DNA from: Magallana gigas
Lineage: Eukaryota
Assembly (NCBI RefSeq): GCF_963853765.1
Contig: NC_088859.1
Span: forward strand, 43,834,001-43,898,000
Length of the DNA stretch: 64,000 bases
Direction: 5' to 3'
The translations under genes were made by a program, and so were the position numbers. Below, piece by piece: positions 11,801-23,500 of the stretch; the stretch's first letter is position 1; every line of letters begins with the position of its first letter. Below the pieces are notes generated by a model. The model had not been told where the DNA came from and made no database searches. It worked only from the letters and a program-made list of their open reading frames with translations.

Positions 11801-14800
11801 ATAATTTACAGTTAATTTGAGTGACTTTTTCCAGATGTGTTATTCCACCGTAAGGAAAGTTGTTGAAGGGGGAACTATATTGGCTAATTTTTACAATCAT
11901 GAAGTATACCGTTAATTTGATTTTAATTTCAGAATGCAGGATCTGTACAGTTTTTTGTTGACTATGCAAAAAGTCAGGGAAACTACATTGCGGACGTGGA
12001 TGGAAATGTCATGCTGGATATATTTACCCAGATTGCCTCCATCCCTATTGGTGGGTGTAATCCTCAATTTTTGTTTGAGCTGAAACACATGTAAAGTTGT
12101 TTTAATCGCAAGTTAATTTGGTTGTCCCAAAAAAAGCATAAAAAAGCTGCAATCAAGAAAAATTATTCCAGAATTGCCTTTTAGAGTGACTTGTTTAGAG
12201 GACAATTTTAGCAATTGTTTGAAACGGGATGGGGAATTGAATGACTTGAATGACAATTTTAATGTCTGCACATCCATAATAGATGAGGGTGGTTCATAGG
12301 GTTTGTTTGGTTTCCCTTTGAACTAACTTTGCACAAACTATGACATGTTCACAAACTACTACATGTATTGGACCTTTGATAAAAGTCATTATCATTTGAT
12401 AACAATTACCTTTATCAAAAGTTCAGATACATGCAGGAAACAACAATGTTAAAGAAACCATGATTTCTACAATAGATGTAATTCTATGAATGTCCCAATA
12501 GTTTTTTAATTACTCAGTAATGTTAAAACTTGAGTATTTGTCCTTATTTTTTTTCAGGCTACAATCATCCAAATTTACTGAAAGTCATGAGTGACCCAGA
12601 AAATCTGGTAAGAATTTTTTAATTAGAGTCAGTTGAATTGAAATTCCAAAATTTTGTATAGGTCATATAGACCGCTTGAAAGTTGGGTAATTTTCTTGTT
12701 TTGGTTTTAGTTTTTTTAGGTTTCTTAGATGTGCTTTCATCAGAAAAATCAGTCATGGTAATAGTTAATGATTTTCTGAAATGACAACTTTTGAACAAAT
12801 GAAAGTACCGGTACAATATGTAGATGTAGACAAACTGCTTGGGGTATATGTATGCATGCTTTTTTGCCAAGGAGGGATGATGTTTATTGCAAACCTTTAT
12901 GGTTTATTTCACATACAATTGTTTATTTCCATTTTAGAGCACTTTTATCAACAGACCAGCATTGGCCGTGTTTCCACCCAAGGACTGGGTATTGCGCCTA
13001 AAAAACGCTCTGTTGGCTGTAAGCAACTTTCACATCCTCTAAATTAGATAATGATTCAAATCAAATCATGATGGATGTGTAAAACCTATTCCTTCTCTCT
13101 CCTTAAGGTGGCACCTCCAGGTATGCATCAGGTGCAGACAATGGCTTGTGGAGCTTGCTCTATTGAACATGGACAAAAAGCCATGTTCATTACATACCAA
13201 GTAAGTTTTGGAAGAATAACAACTCAAACCATTTTAAACACGTACTGTACCAGTAACATAAAATAATATACAATAAAAACTATAAAGCTATAACTTGTGT
13301 TACAGAGAAAGAAGAGAGGAGGCCTCCCTCCCTCCGAGGAGGAATTGACTTCCTGTCTCTACAACAAGGAGCCGGGATGTCCTGATCTGACCGTCCTGTC
13401 CTTCTCGGGGGCCTTCCATGGGAGAACAATGGGTCTGTACTAAGCTGTGGTTTCATCAGTATTTGTGGGAATTAATTTTCAAGGATTTAATGCAAAGCGC
13501 AGTATCAAAGATACTTAATTTCTGGACAATGAATCTATCAATACAATTTGTATTATAAATCAGCTCGCCAACAAAATCCAAAAAAAATTATATTCAACAA
13601 ATGTTGATGAATCCATGGTACCCGGTACATCTAAAACACCAATAATATCTGAATTGTTCGTGGTTATGCCATGTGCAGCTTTAGATACACAAAAAAAGGA
13701 CTATATATGATATGGGCCTAAAATGGCCCCCTAAAATGAACATCATCATTTTACTTTAATTCTTTGTTTTCTTTGTACAGATATATATATGTGATGTTTT
13801 TTCATTAAGTTTATTTTGAATTAAGTGCCCACAGATTAGAAATATGATATCATAAAGACAACCTTTTCCCGCCATTTTTGCATTTTTAGTACAAAACAGC
13901 TTACTTTCAAGCAGTTTTTCTTTCAGAAAACATAGAGCGCAAGCTTGAACAAACAAAATACTTTATTCAGAGATGAAACTAGCCAAGACTAATAACTGAC
14001 AAAAAAATGTTCCTTGTTCAAGCATGCGCTCTTTATTTCCCATCCGTTAAAAGATGAGAAAAATGTCAAAATTTGATTGATTTTGATTGAATTATAGAAA
14101 TAGTGTCACTTCTGACGTCATATACTGCAAGTGAGTGCAAATAAATCAAATTAATGGGTGAAAAATATATTTAATATCAACTCATCTAAAAAATAACATA
14201 ACATTTTATTGTTCCCGAAACACTTTAAAAAACGGCGAAATATGGAGGCCAAATTCAACTGATATAGTTCTTTGTTACAATCGGTATTTATAGGTGCTCT
14301 CGGAGTCACCCATTCAAAATGGATTCATAAGTTGGACTTTCCAACTCCTGATTGGCCAATGGCAACGTTTCCCAAACTGAAGTACCCACTACATGAAAAT
14401 GAGAGAGAAAACATGGAAATTGAGAACCGTTCCTTGGAAGAGGTAATATACTTACACATACCTCTGGGCCTGAATGCTTAAAATAGTAATTTCAGAAACT
14501 GAGCTGTATTAGATTTAATTCCTATTGATACTGTTCCAAATGGAAAATGAAGCTGATGGAAGAAAACATAAGTTTTGGAAATACTTTTTAAGAATTAAAT
14601 TAGATTAAAAGTACACTTATTAGTTATTTTTTGTGTCAGGTACGAGACAGGATCTTTGAGTACAACAAGAGGGGTCGTCCAGTTGTCGGCTGTTGTATTG
14701 AACCCATTCAAGCTGAGGGGGGAGATAACTTTGCTAGTCCTCGATTTTTTCAGGAGCTCCAAAAGATATGCAAAGAGGTACCTAAAGCTCATCTTTAAGC

Positions 14801-16520
14801 TTTTTTCCAAATTTTTTTTGGAGAACCTGTTTTTATAATATATGTAGATATATAACGGGTAATGAGAATAATTATAAAACTCCCTTGTATTTTAAATTAC
14901 ACCAAATACAGTCTCCGTATGTGCAGACACAAGACTGAAGTTTTGGGTAAAATTAAGTCGATAGTTACATTTTAGTTTAAAGTAGAATGTTTTTAGACAG
15001 AGACTTGTCGTTACAGAACGAGGTGGTACTGCTGATTGATGAGGTCCAGACGGGGTGTGGGTCCACCGGGAAGTTCTGGGCCCACGAACATTTCAACCTT
15101 CCCGAGTCTCCGGACATTGTAGCATTCAGCAAGAAGATGTTGACCGGGGGCTTCTACTACAAAGATGAACTCAGACCTAAAGAGGTTTGTTTCATTGAAT
15201 CAGACTCTGTAATCCTACATCCAATTCCAAGTCATGTATGAAATTTAAAGTTGCTCAAGCATAGATTAAATTTAAATTTTAATTGGGAAAGCTTTACGCT
15301 ATAGAGAGATTGGTGGTTGTATTATTTTTTTATGATGGAAATTTGTTGGCATCAAAAATCAATAGAAGTTTTTAGAAATTGAATACAATGTACCGATGGT
15401 CAGTTTTGATTATATCTATTATATATATTTGTGATCATTAAATTTCAGGCTTTCCGTATTTTCAACACCTGGGTTGGTGACTCCTCTAAGGTGTTGCTCT
15501 TGGAGGCAGTGATTAACACAATCAAGGAGTACAAACTTCTCGAAACTGTCCAGGACACCGGGAACTACCTACAGAATGGACTCCATGAAATGGCGGTAAG
15601 TAGAGGGAGACAATTCATCATTACTGAAGTAAAACAGTTTTCAAATTAAACTCTGACTAAAAAGCTGCTATTATATGAAACAGTTTCATGAATTAACTTG
15701 TAAATACTATTTTAAATTGAATGTTGACCTTTTTTCTGTAGAAAAAATTCCCAAACTCTGTGAGTAATGTTCGTGGACTTGGAACTTTCTGCTCCGTGGA
15801 CTTTCCAGATGGAGCGTTCCGTGACACCGTTATCACCAAGCTCAGGAACAGAGGTAGTATAGATAGGAATACCATTCAGCCTTAAAGCTGAACACCGCTC
15901 GTAACTAGGCACCTTCACACAGATACCTGGTATATGAACTCTTTGACTTCGTTACACCCAATTGCAGACATGAAACTTGTGGCTGACATGTAGTATTCCT
16001 TTTGTGGTCTTTGGATTTTATGCATTCATTTCTTATTCTATGTGCATATTCTGTTTGTTAAAAAATCATTGACCAATTTATTTGATGTTAGCATTCTATT
16101 GACTTGAAAACTGTAAGACTTGATAATTTTGCGATCGAGTAACACGGCGAGACATGATGTACATCCACACAGGTGAGACCTCTACAGTGAAGTACTTAAC
16201 TGTTCAGAGGTCTGCCCCTTACATAACGGTTGTAGGGACAGCAGTGATAAAAGAGAAATATGGCGAACAGTGCCTATTTAGGAGCAGTGTTCAGCTTTAA
16301 GTGTTAAATTTTAACAGCCAAAGCCTAATCACTTCTACAAATGTAACAACTTTGATTCAGATTGAGAATGCATAATGTATAAATGCTGTTTGTAGGGGTG
16401 CATGCTGGTGCCTGCGGGGACAGGTCTATGAGGTTCAGACCCACCCTCATTTTTGAGAGGCGTCATGTGGACATCCTGATGGATACTTTTGAGAAAACCC
16501 TCAAGGAAGCCGGTCAGTGA
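5880..16520 (+). CDS. ABAT: 4-aminobutyrate aminotransferase, mitochondrial (GABA-T, class III PLP enzyme), complete, 13 coding exons, 503 aa
   Basis: Exons 5880-5931, 9731-9882, 11933-12050, 12558-12607, 12938-13018, 13108-13200, 13306-13432, 14294-14442, 14640-14777, 15017-15184, 15449-15595, 15742-15853, 16396-16520; total 1512 nt, all phases consistent. Acid-free Arg/Ser-rich N-terminus [21 protein letters not shown] (mitochondrial presequence-like). Motifs [32 protein letters not shown] (PLP lysine), RIFNTW, RFRP. Confidence 0.95.
6330..7080. repeat. Composite repeat: degenerate telomere-like (TTAGGG) core flanked by GGTTACA repeats on the left and TGTAACC-containing repeats on the right
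   Basis: Seven perfect TTAGGG (6471, 6482, 6552, 6571, 6601, 6613, 6620) plus variants. GTTACCCTTTGTCA-type units recur near 6716, 6837 and 6921. Confidence 0.65.
7968..8627 (+). mobile_element. Non-autonomous Helentron-associated element (HINE/DINE-1-like), family A
   Basis: 5' TTATACCCCCGC with adjacent inverted GGGGGTATA, a (CCGT/CTGT)n microsatellite and internal tandem units. The 3' end has GCGGGGGGTAT, hairpin TGTGAGC-TT-GCTCACA and CTAGTTT. Second copy at 38288-39093. Confidence 0.85.
9435..9685 (+). repeat. Local tandem duplication (94-bp unit, then 45-bp unit) just upstream of ABAT exon 2
   Basis: ACGCATACACCTAGTTGTTGGACC at 9435 and 9529; GTCCCTTAGGTGTTTGACTTGACTATGTAA at 9609 and 9654. 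Confidence 0.8.
10510..10880 (+). mobile_element. Degraded HINE-like element
   Basis: CTGTCC/ATCC microsatellite followed by ~130-bp imperfect units (ATCTTCTCTCCCC...CCAAT...ATACTTCAC); termini eroded. Confidence 0.45.
11501..11849 (+). mobile_element. Kolobok-type MITE containing a tRNA-like cassette
   Basis: TIRs GGTGGAATAAGACATC / GATGTGTTATTCCACC (15/16 match), 4-bp direct repeat GTAA on both sides, GG..CC termini. Confidence 0.8.
11597..11667 (+). pseudogene. tRNA-derived sequence (tRNA-Thr(TGT)-like) inside a MITE
   Basis: A-box TAGCCGAGTGG, anticodon arm CGGG-CTTGTGA-TCCG, B-box GAGTTCGAATCC, followed by TTTT. Acceptor and T stems contain mismatches, so it is not a functional tRNA. 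Confidence 0.6.
13697..14271. mobile_element. Kolobok-like MITE (AGGACTATAT termini)
   Basis: Left AGGACTATAT, right ATATAGTTCT. Same terminal motif as 22681-23256 and 42459-43029; TSD eroded. Confidence 0.5.
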
Positions 16521-17624
16521 GGGGGGAAGTCATTGCGAGGCAGCATCAGCATTAGATAGTGCTATGAACAATTCATTACAGGATAGTGAATGTAGTATTT
16601 TTTAAATCATCAATGCAGAGAATTTTTTCATTAATATTGTTTGTTATGTATAGATTTACATGGATTTGGTCTCGTGTTCTTTTAATATAACAATTTGTAA
16701 AGATTGTAGAACATATGTATTGATTTTTTAACATTTTGATTATACACATTTTGTGTTGATGCACATGTTTCTACTATGGTATACATTTTTTGAGGAGATA
16801 CATAATGTGTGTGACAAATGGGTTTCATTGTATATGAACCCTCTTAGTTCTGGTACATATGTATTCCTAACATTAAATTTCATGTCAAAAGTTTCCCCAT
16901 TACGTGCCATCAGAACTATATTAAGTGTGATTATTTGACAACTATTAGTATCTGTTTTATAGATACAGTTGTAATCTATGTGTACAGTTTTGAATAAACT
17001 CTAAATCTTAAAACAGAAGTTCTGGTCTTTCCTATTCAAAGATGTAAGATTGTGTAGAATTTCATACTTCGTATATGTACAAGCTATTGTATGGTGTAGA
17101 CAGATGCCAAGTACAGGTCTTTGTGATCCTCAGTGGGCATGACTACCCTTTTTTACTTTCTGAATCTTATTTAGCACAACTCCCATACATTTCACTTTTT
17201 TAATGAACACACCAGAAAATCTGTATCAGTCTACATATAAAAATGATTTTTTAAAATGACATTCCAGTAAAAATTTGGGATTTTAAAATTTTTGCAAATT
17301 TTTAAATCTGTATGGTCTGCAAATGGACAGATGTTGGAGAAAAAAAAGTTCAGACAGCCACATTCTTGTTGATGAATTCCATCACTTTTGTTTTGTCATC
17401 AACAATGTCAATGAAAACAATGAATTTTGCAGCTTCTGCAGTATAAAAAGTTGATATGATTGATTGAAACTGAGTGGTTTTCACACTAAAAAATAGTTCT
17501 CAATTACAAATTACAAGCATGCCTTAAAATTAAACATGCACTGACAGTATACCTTTAGCCTTCTTTAAGCTAACTGTCACATGAATAGAAACTAGGCTAG
17601 TAAATGCCCCACACAAGTGTGAAA

Positions 17625-20600
17625 TCAGGACTGAACTGTCACTTCTTGCATGGAGCTTGTTGATGGAAGGTTTTCCTTGGATTCCTCCATGTCTAGGTTC
17701 TTGCTGCTGTTCCGCGTGCGCCTTTTTTTGCTGGGTTTCTGCGGCTCGTTCTGTGGATGGACCTGATGGTTTGCTTCCTGCGCTTTTTTGGCTGCCCTCT
17801 GTTGCCGCGTGTTTTGTGCCACTGCACTCACATGGGGATACAATTTTGTAATGTTCCCGATGGCTTTTGTTCTGCCTTCTCTGAACACCATGCGCATGTC
17901 AGTCTTTAAATATTCAGGGTTTTTAATGAATCGGAACCTCACTATGGACTTATCGCCTGTTCGTAGATGTTCTTTGGTCATGTTCATAATGGTTGCTGTC
18001 TGTCGAACACTCCCAACATGCACTGTAACACAAAGCACACAATAAATCTGAAAACTCAAAATTACTCAAGAAACTTCAAAATAAGTTTGAACATACATCA
18101 TTTAATAATTACTGTACATGTACTGGTACACTATCATGCCAGGATATTGAGCCACCACAAAATCATAAGGATTCCACAGTATCCTTTTTTTATAATAATG
18201 AAATTCCCTGTATCATGCGAGTTCATCCAGTTATCTACGTATACCAATGACCACTCACCCATAGCTTGGTATCGCACACTTATTGTCGTCGGGTGATGTA
18301 ACACAAGGATCTCCCCTTCAAACTCCCAACATGCCTTAGGTTCAAGTTTCGGAGAAACCATCACCATACCTTTTCGTATTGAAGACCGTTTTACCTACAA
18401 TAAAATCAAAATCATAATTTGGAGAAATTTTTTGAATTTCAAAAGAATTAAACTTTTGTTTTATTTTCATCATTCATCGCCTTTTAATTAGTGATGGGAA
18501 TCGGTGAGATTTTCATAATCGATAATCGGTTTCCCGCAACTAACTATCGATTATAATCGGAGATTTTTATATTTTATAGTGTAGTGCTAAATAAATTTAA
18601 ATAAACAAGTTACAATGAATAGACTTATTACTAGGCTTCTGTAATTTGATTTACTTAGTATTTCTAGCTATAAAAAAATTATATTCAAAAGATTTTCTTT
18701 AGTAGGCAGTCCAACATTAATTTTCTTCAAACCAAAATGGGTCCAAATTTGGGAATGTGCTATATTTCCCGAGTAAGAATATGGAGCTCGTCTGACATGT
18801 CAGCCATTTTCAGACCGCCCGCCATCTTAGGGTTAAGATAGTTTGCTTCTAGAATATTCTGTTTATGATATGTGCTCATTGAAAGGGAAAAAACCTCAAC
18901 CGATTAATCGTAATGAAACCTTTTATGATCGAGCGCTTAGAATGCGATAACAATCGATCGATTTTCGATTATAATCGATGATTGGAACATCACTACTTTT
19001 AATATGTAAAAATGACCACAAATTGTATCCATCAGATTCTGGCGGTATTCCTCACCTTTTTGAGTGAAAACGAGGCTGTCTGACCTCCTTTGACCTCTCT
19101 CACTGGCATACGTTTGCGGTGTATACTCTTGACAGTGATTTGCTGAAAATGTCCGAGTGCATCAGGTCCAAGTAGTAAAGTGTCATTAAGTTTAATGGTA
19201 CCTTGAAGAAGAGTCCCTGATACTACTGTTCCAACACCCTGAAATTATAGACATACATTTCATATATTCCAAAACATAAAAGAAATATTTTTTCAAAAAT
19301 AACACCTGGTAAGTTTAAAGTAAACAGTTTACAATGCATCCTTTGAAGCTGCAATCCCATCATATTACACTATGATACTGAATAATTATAAGTATTGTGA
19401 ACCAGCAATATATTTTACAGATAAAAAGAATAATGATGCTATTCCTTTACAAGATTGACAAAAGGTATCTAAATTGTGAGTATTTCTGATTTTCTTTTTG
19501 AAATCATTGCCAGTTATTTAAGAGTCTGGTAGGTTAAAAAACCACCTACCAATATCTGATTTTTCTAGCCATACACTGTTATCATGTTGACAAAAACAAC
19601 AAATTAAAATTTAATAATTTAAATCTAACAGAGCTCTGCTTTTCTAGAAATTGCCATGACTATCCAGCTTTTATAAAGCAGAAATGAATATATAGTGTAC
19701 AAAATGCTTCTGAACCTTACAACATCAGAATTTGCAGTATTTTTTCTTGGGCAGAAACAGCAATGAAATTCAAATTTAATTTGCATGACTTTCACAAAAT
19801 GAGTTTTTTTTGTTGATACATACTGGTACTGAGAATGTGTCATCTATCTGAAATTCTGCTGGCGCTGTTGTTTCTGATTTTAATCGAGTTGATAGAAGAT
19901 TCAGGAACATCTTTAATAAGTCTAAGTTTTCACCACTGACATTTGAGACTTGAAATATTGGACACATCCTGCATATCAAAATAAGGTAGATATAATTGTT
20001 GTTCAGAGAAGTATGAATTCTCAATGTTTTAAAAAAACCTAGGAGGTTTTTTAATAGATTTAAAAGCAAAACATGAACAGTAAATAATAAAATGTTACCA
20101 CCTACATGTATACATACTTGTCTATATACTACACGTATTAATATACTTGACCCGTGAGGTTACACACCTTTCGGATGTGAAATTAGTGGCTGAGCACACA
20201 ACATCATCAGTGTTTTGTACAATTACAGGGATTTTCCTACACCCAGGAGATTTGAGGATTCTCTGTAACATTTTGAGTGTCTCCTGCAGTACGTTGGGGG
20301 GACACATGTCAATCTTTGTCACAACAACAAAGACTGGCACATTGAGGGCCAAGGCCAGGCCCAAGTGCTCCTTGGTCATTCCTATCACACCAGCATTAGC
20401 TCCTATCTACAATGCAAGAATCAGATTTCATTTAGTATCTTAACACTTGTAAATACCACAATATCTGTTTTCAGAGGGATACATTTATCATATTTTCAAA
20501 GGCAAAATTAACACGTCTTCTTTCGAAAAAACAGAACTTCCAAAGCTTAGCTCATCAATAGCGTACAATGTGATTATTGAAAACCCGAAGTGCTTACCAT

Positions 20601-23500
20601 TAACATGGCAAAATCTGGTGCATGCCCTGTCATGCCAAATACTGTAGTTTTTAGGTACTTTTCGTGTCCAGCTAAGTCAATAAATGTGATCACCTGTAAT
20701 TAAGAAACTTAGTCTTAGGGCTGATGACTTCAAACTTCACACAGTATTTCAATACACATTCTTCAGAAGTCATATAACTTAGCAACATTCAAATATCAAA
20801 TGAGTTTGTTATATTACATGTACCAGTATCTATTCATCAAAAAGCTAGCACATATATGACTCCAAAACCTTACATAGATTTATTTATACCTTTGAGGACT
20901 TTTCACATATTTTAATCCAGTCCAGGTTTCCATGGTCCGGTTTGTTAACAACATTTCCTGAGGCATCAAATCCCAGGATATCATTGCCCACACTACTGGT
21001 CCGTCCTGACTCCATCTCGTGTTTGTGTCGGAACAACCTCTGTCTAGCCATGCCACGCCCATTGTCAAGGTCACCATGAGTCAACACCCCTAGTAATGTA
21101 CTCTTTCCTGCATCTACATTGCCCACAACTGCCACTCTGAAAGCACACAATCCCATTCATCAGTAAATGTTTACAGTCTACCTAAACTGACTTGTAAATG
21201 TAAATTCTGTAAACCAACTTTATTCAATGCAAAAAAATTTGCAAGGTTATAATATTTCTATCTCAAAACTGTATCTGTGTAGATTATCTACATGGACTTG
21301 GTTACAACAACTAATAGCTACCACAAACAAGATAATCGCTAGTGAAATAATGGTGAAGTAAAGGCAGTGCAAGTATTAAAAGTTTTTTTTACAGTACATA
21401 CATCACAAAAGTTCCCATCTTGACAGAAAATCTTTTTTTTTTAAGATTAAGTATTCATGATAATTTGAATTCATTGTCTTAATGTGTTAACAGAGAGAAA
21501 GAGCAAGGCTGAAAAGGTAAACAACTCTACCTCACTTCCATAAAGTCATCAAATTCCAGCGATCGTCTCAGCAAGAACTCGGTCACCAAACCCTCTCCTT
21601 CTTTTCTCTCACGCAGCTGGGCCATTTCTAGACCCAAGGAATCTGCTATGCTTTTCAAGGTAGCTATTGATGCCTGCATATCTTCCTGTGATAGACCTGG
21701 AGCATCGCCCTCTAGGAAAATATTAATTCCAGTTTATACCATCTACATACAATACTTGAGACTCACTGTAAATTAATGCATCAACATTTTAAAGGGGCAT
21801 GGTCACGATTTTGGTCAAATTCTATTTTTACGTTTTTATTATTTACATTGCTTTAGAAATGTAGTTCTAATAATCAAATAAAATTTGAGAGTCATTCGTA
21901 GAGTTATAAGCAGGATATAGGGCTCACAATTCTTTGTCATGTAAACAAGACTCGTGCCCTGTTTTTGTTTACATAGGTTCAATATACCAGTCAATAATCT
22001 TTTTCCAGCTATCTTATCTATCTTTAGTCTATATTTTTATTTATTTTAAGCATAGATAAACAGTTCGTTTAAGACTGAATTTTTTACTTCAACGTTCAAA
22101 ATGTAAACAAACGCGTTGTTTATATAGCGATGAATTTCAAGCTCTGTAACTCGCTTAAAACCATGCCCCTTTAACATAAATGGCTGGGTTCACAATCTTC
22201 ATGAATTTTTTTTTAGATGTTTGAATATGGAATTAAAAATTGTGCAATAACTCTTGTTGCATCTTACCGGCATTCATAATTATTTTTAGCACTCCCAACC
22301 AAGCATGGAAATTAATTTAATCTAAGATTTTCATTTGTGACAACATAAACCTTCCCAAACACTTTTCATGTGTGACTGCAATAAAAATTTCTTAATAAGA
22401 ATACTGTTTAATGTGATTTGCATGCAGACTAGTAGAAAATTTGAAAAGTAATTTTACCTCCAGTTCCAACTTCATAAATTGTTTCCCCTTGACCTTCATC
22501 AAGTCTTTCTTTGATCATATCCACAATTATGTCGTATTCCTCATTATTTGGACTAATTAAATGTCCCTAAAGACAAGAAAAAATTAGTTTTTATGACATT
22601 TTAAAACTGCAAAATATGTGTTCATTCCACCTTTTTGTTAAATCTAGATATATTAAGTTTTGGTTTTCCTATCAGAACAAAGGACTATATTTGGTATGGT
22701 CAAATATCTGCACCCAAATTTAATCAATTTATAAATATAGTATCATATAAATATCAAATCTTCATAAATCATTGTACAGAGGATGCATATCACTTCAATC
22801 TTGATTTTAGTCACCAAAGCTGTTTATCTATGACGTCACCTAAGTAACCAAATTCCCACAATTTTGCAAACAAATGAAAATATTCTCTTTTTTCTTTATA
22901 TTCTGCATTTGGAAGTATAGAGCGCAGGTATGCTCAAGTACAATTTTAACACATTTTTCTTCATAAAATTTTACACATTATACTAAAAAATGGTACTTGA
23001 GCAAGCCTGCCCTCGATGTTTCCCAGTCGAAAAACAATTGGAAAACACCCATACTTTAATTGCTACAAAACATCAATTTATCAAAATAAGACAATCTTCA
23101 TGACATCATTTTTACATTATGACGTCACTGTGGTGATAACCTTTTACATACTTATATTCAATATGATTTCAAATATCTTCCGCCTTATTTTTAAAGCTTT
23201 TTATAAAACTTTAATATTGGGGGCGAAAAATGCATAATAGTACCGCACATAGTCCTTTCACCTTTGTCAGTTAAAAGCTTCATGCTCAGATACTTTTACA
23301 TAGTAATTGAAGCATCTGGTTGACAAAGAGCAAAATGGAATGTAAACTTAGAAGTAATGCAGACACACAATGACATGCAAACTTTTGTCTACACTGTAAA
23401 CAGATCTTACCTTGCTAACAACTGAGGACATAGCGACATCTTCCTCTTCCTCCGGGGAGAATAGATTCTCCCCATTCTCCATTTCTAGAGTTGCTGCCAT
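17625..23500 (-). CDS. GTPBP1: GTP-binding protein 1 (translational GTPase), complete, 10 coding exons, 607 aa
   Basis: Exons (5'->3') 23500-23411, 22566-22458, 21711-21531, 21136-20890, 20693-20598, 20406-20168, 19968-19824, 19238-19056, 18394-18259, 18022-17625; 1824 nt, phases consistent. G1 GNVDAGKS, switch [14 protein letters not shown]3 DLAG, G4 TKID, EF-Tu-like domains II/III ([25 protein letters not shown]). An acceptor at 23540 implies an unlocated non-coding first exon. Confidence 0.95.
18489..18995. mobile_element. hAT-superfamily MITE
   Basis: TIR TAGTGATG / CATCACTA, perfect 8-bp TSD CTTTTAAT (18481-18488 and 18996-19003), many subterminal AATCG/ATCGAT motifs. Confidence 0.9.
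21793..22170 (+). mobile_element. Kolobok-type MITE (AGGGGCATGG family), internally deleted copy
   Basis: TTAA TSDs, TIR AGGGGCATGG / CCATGCCCCT; colinear with 62726-63226 but lacks a segment near the right end. Confidence 0.85.
22681..23256 (+). mobile_element. Kolobok-like MITE (AGGACTAT family)
   Basis: Termini AGGACTAT / ATAGTCCT; reverse-complement copy at 42459-43029, which ends in TTAA. Confidence 0.75.
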
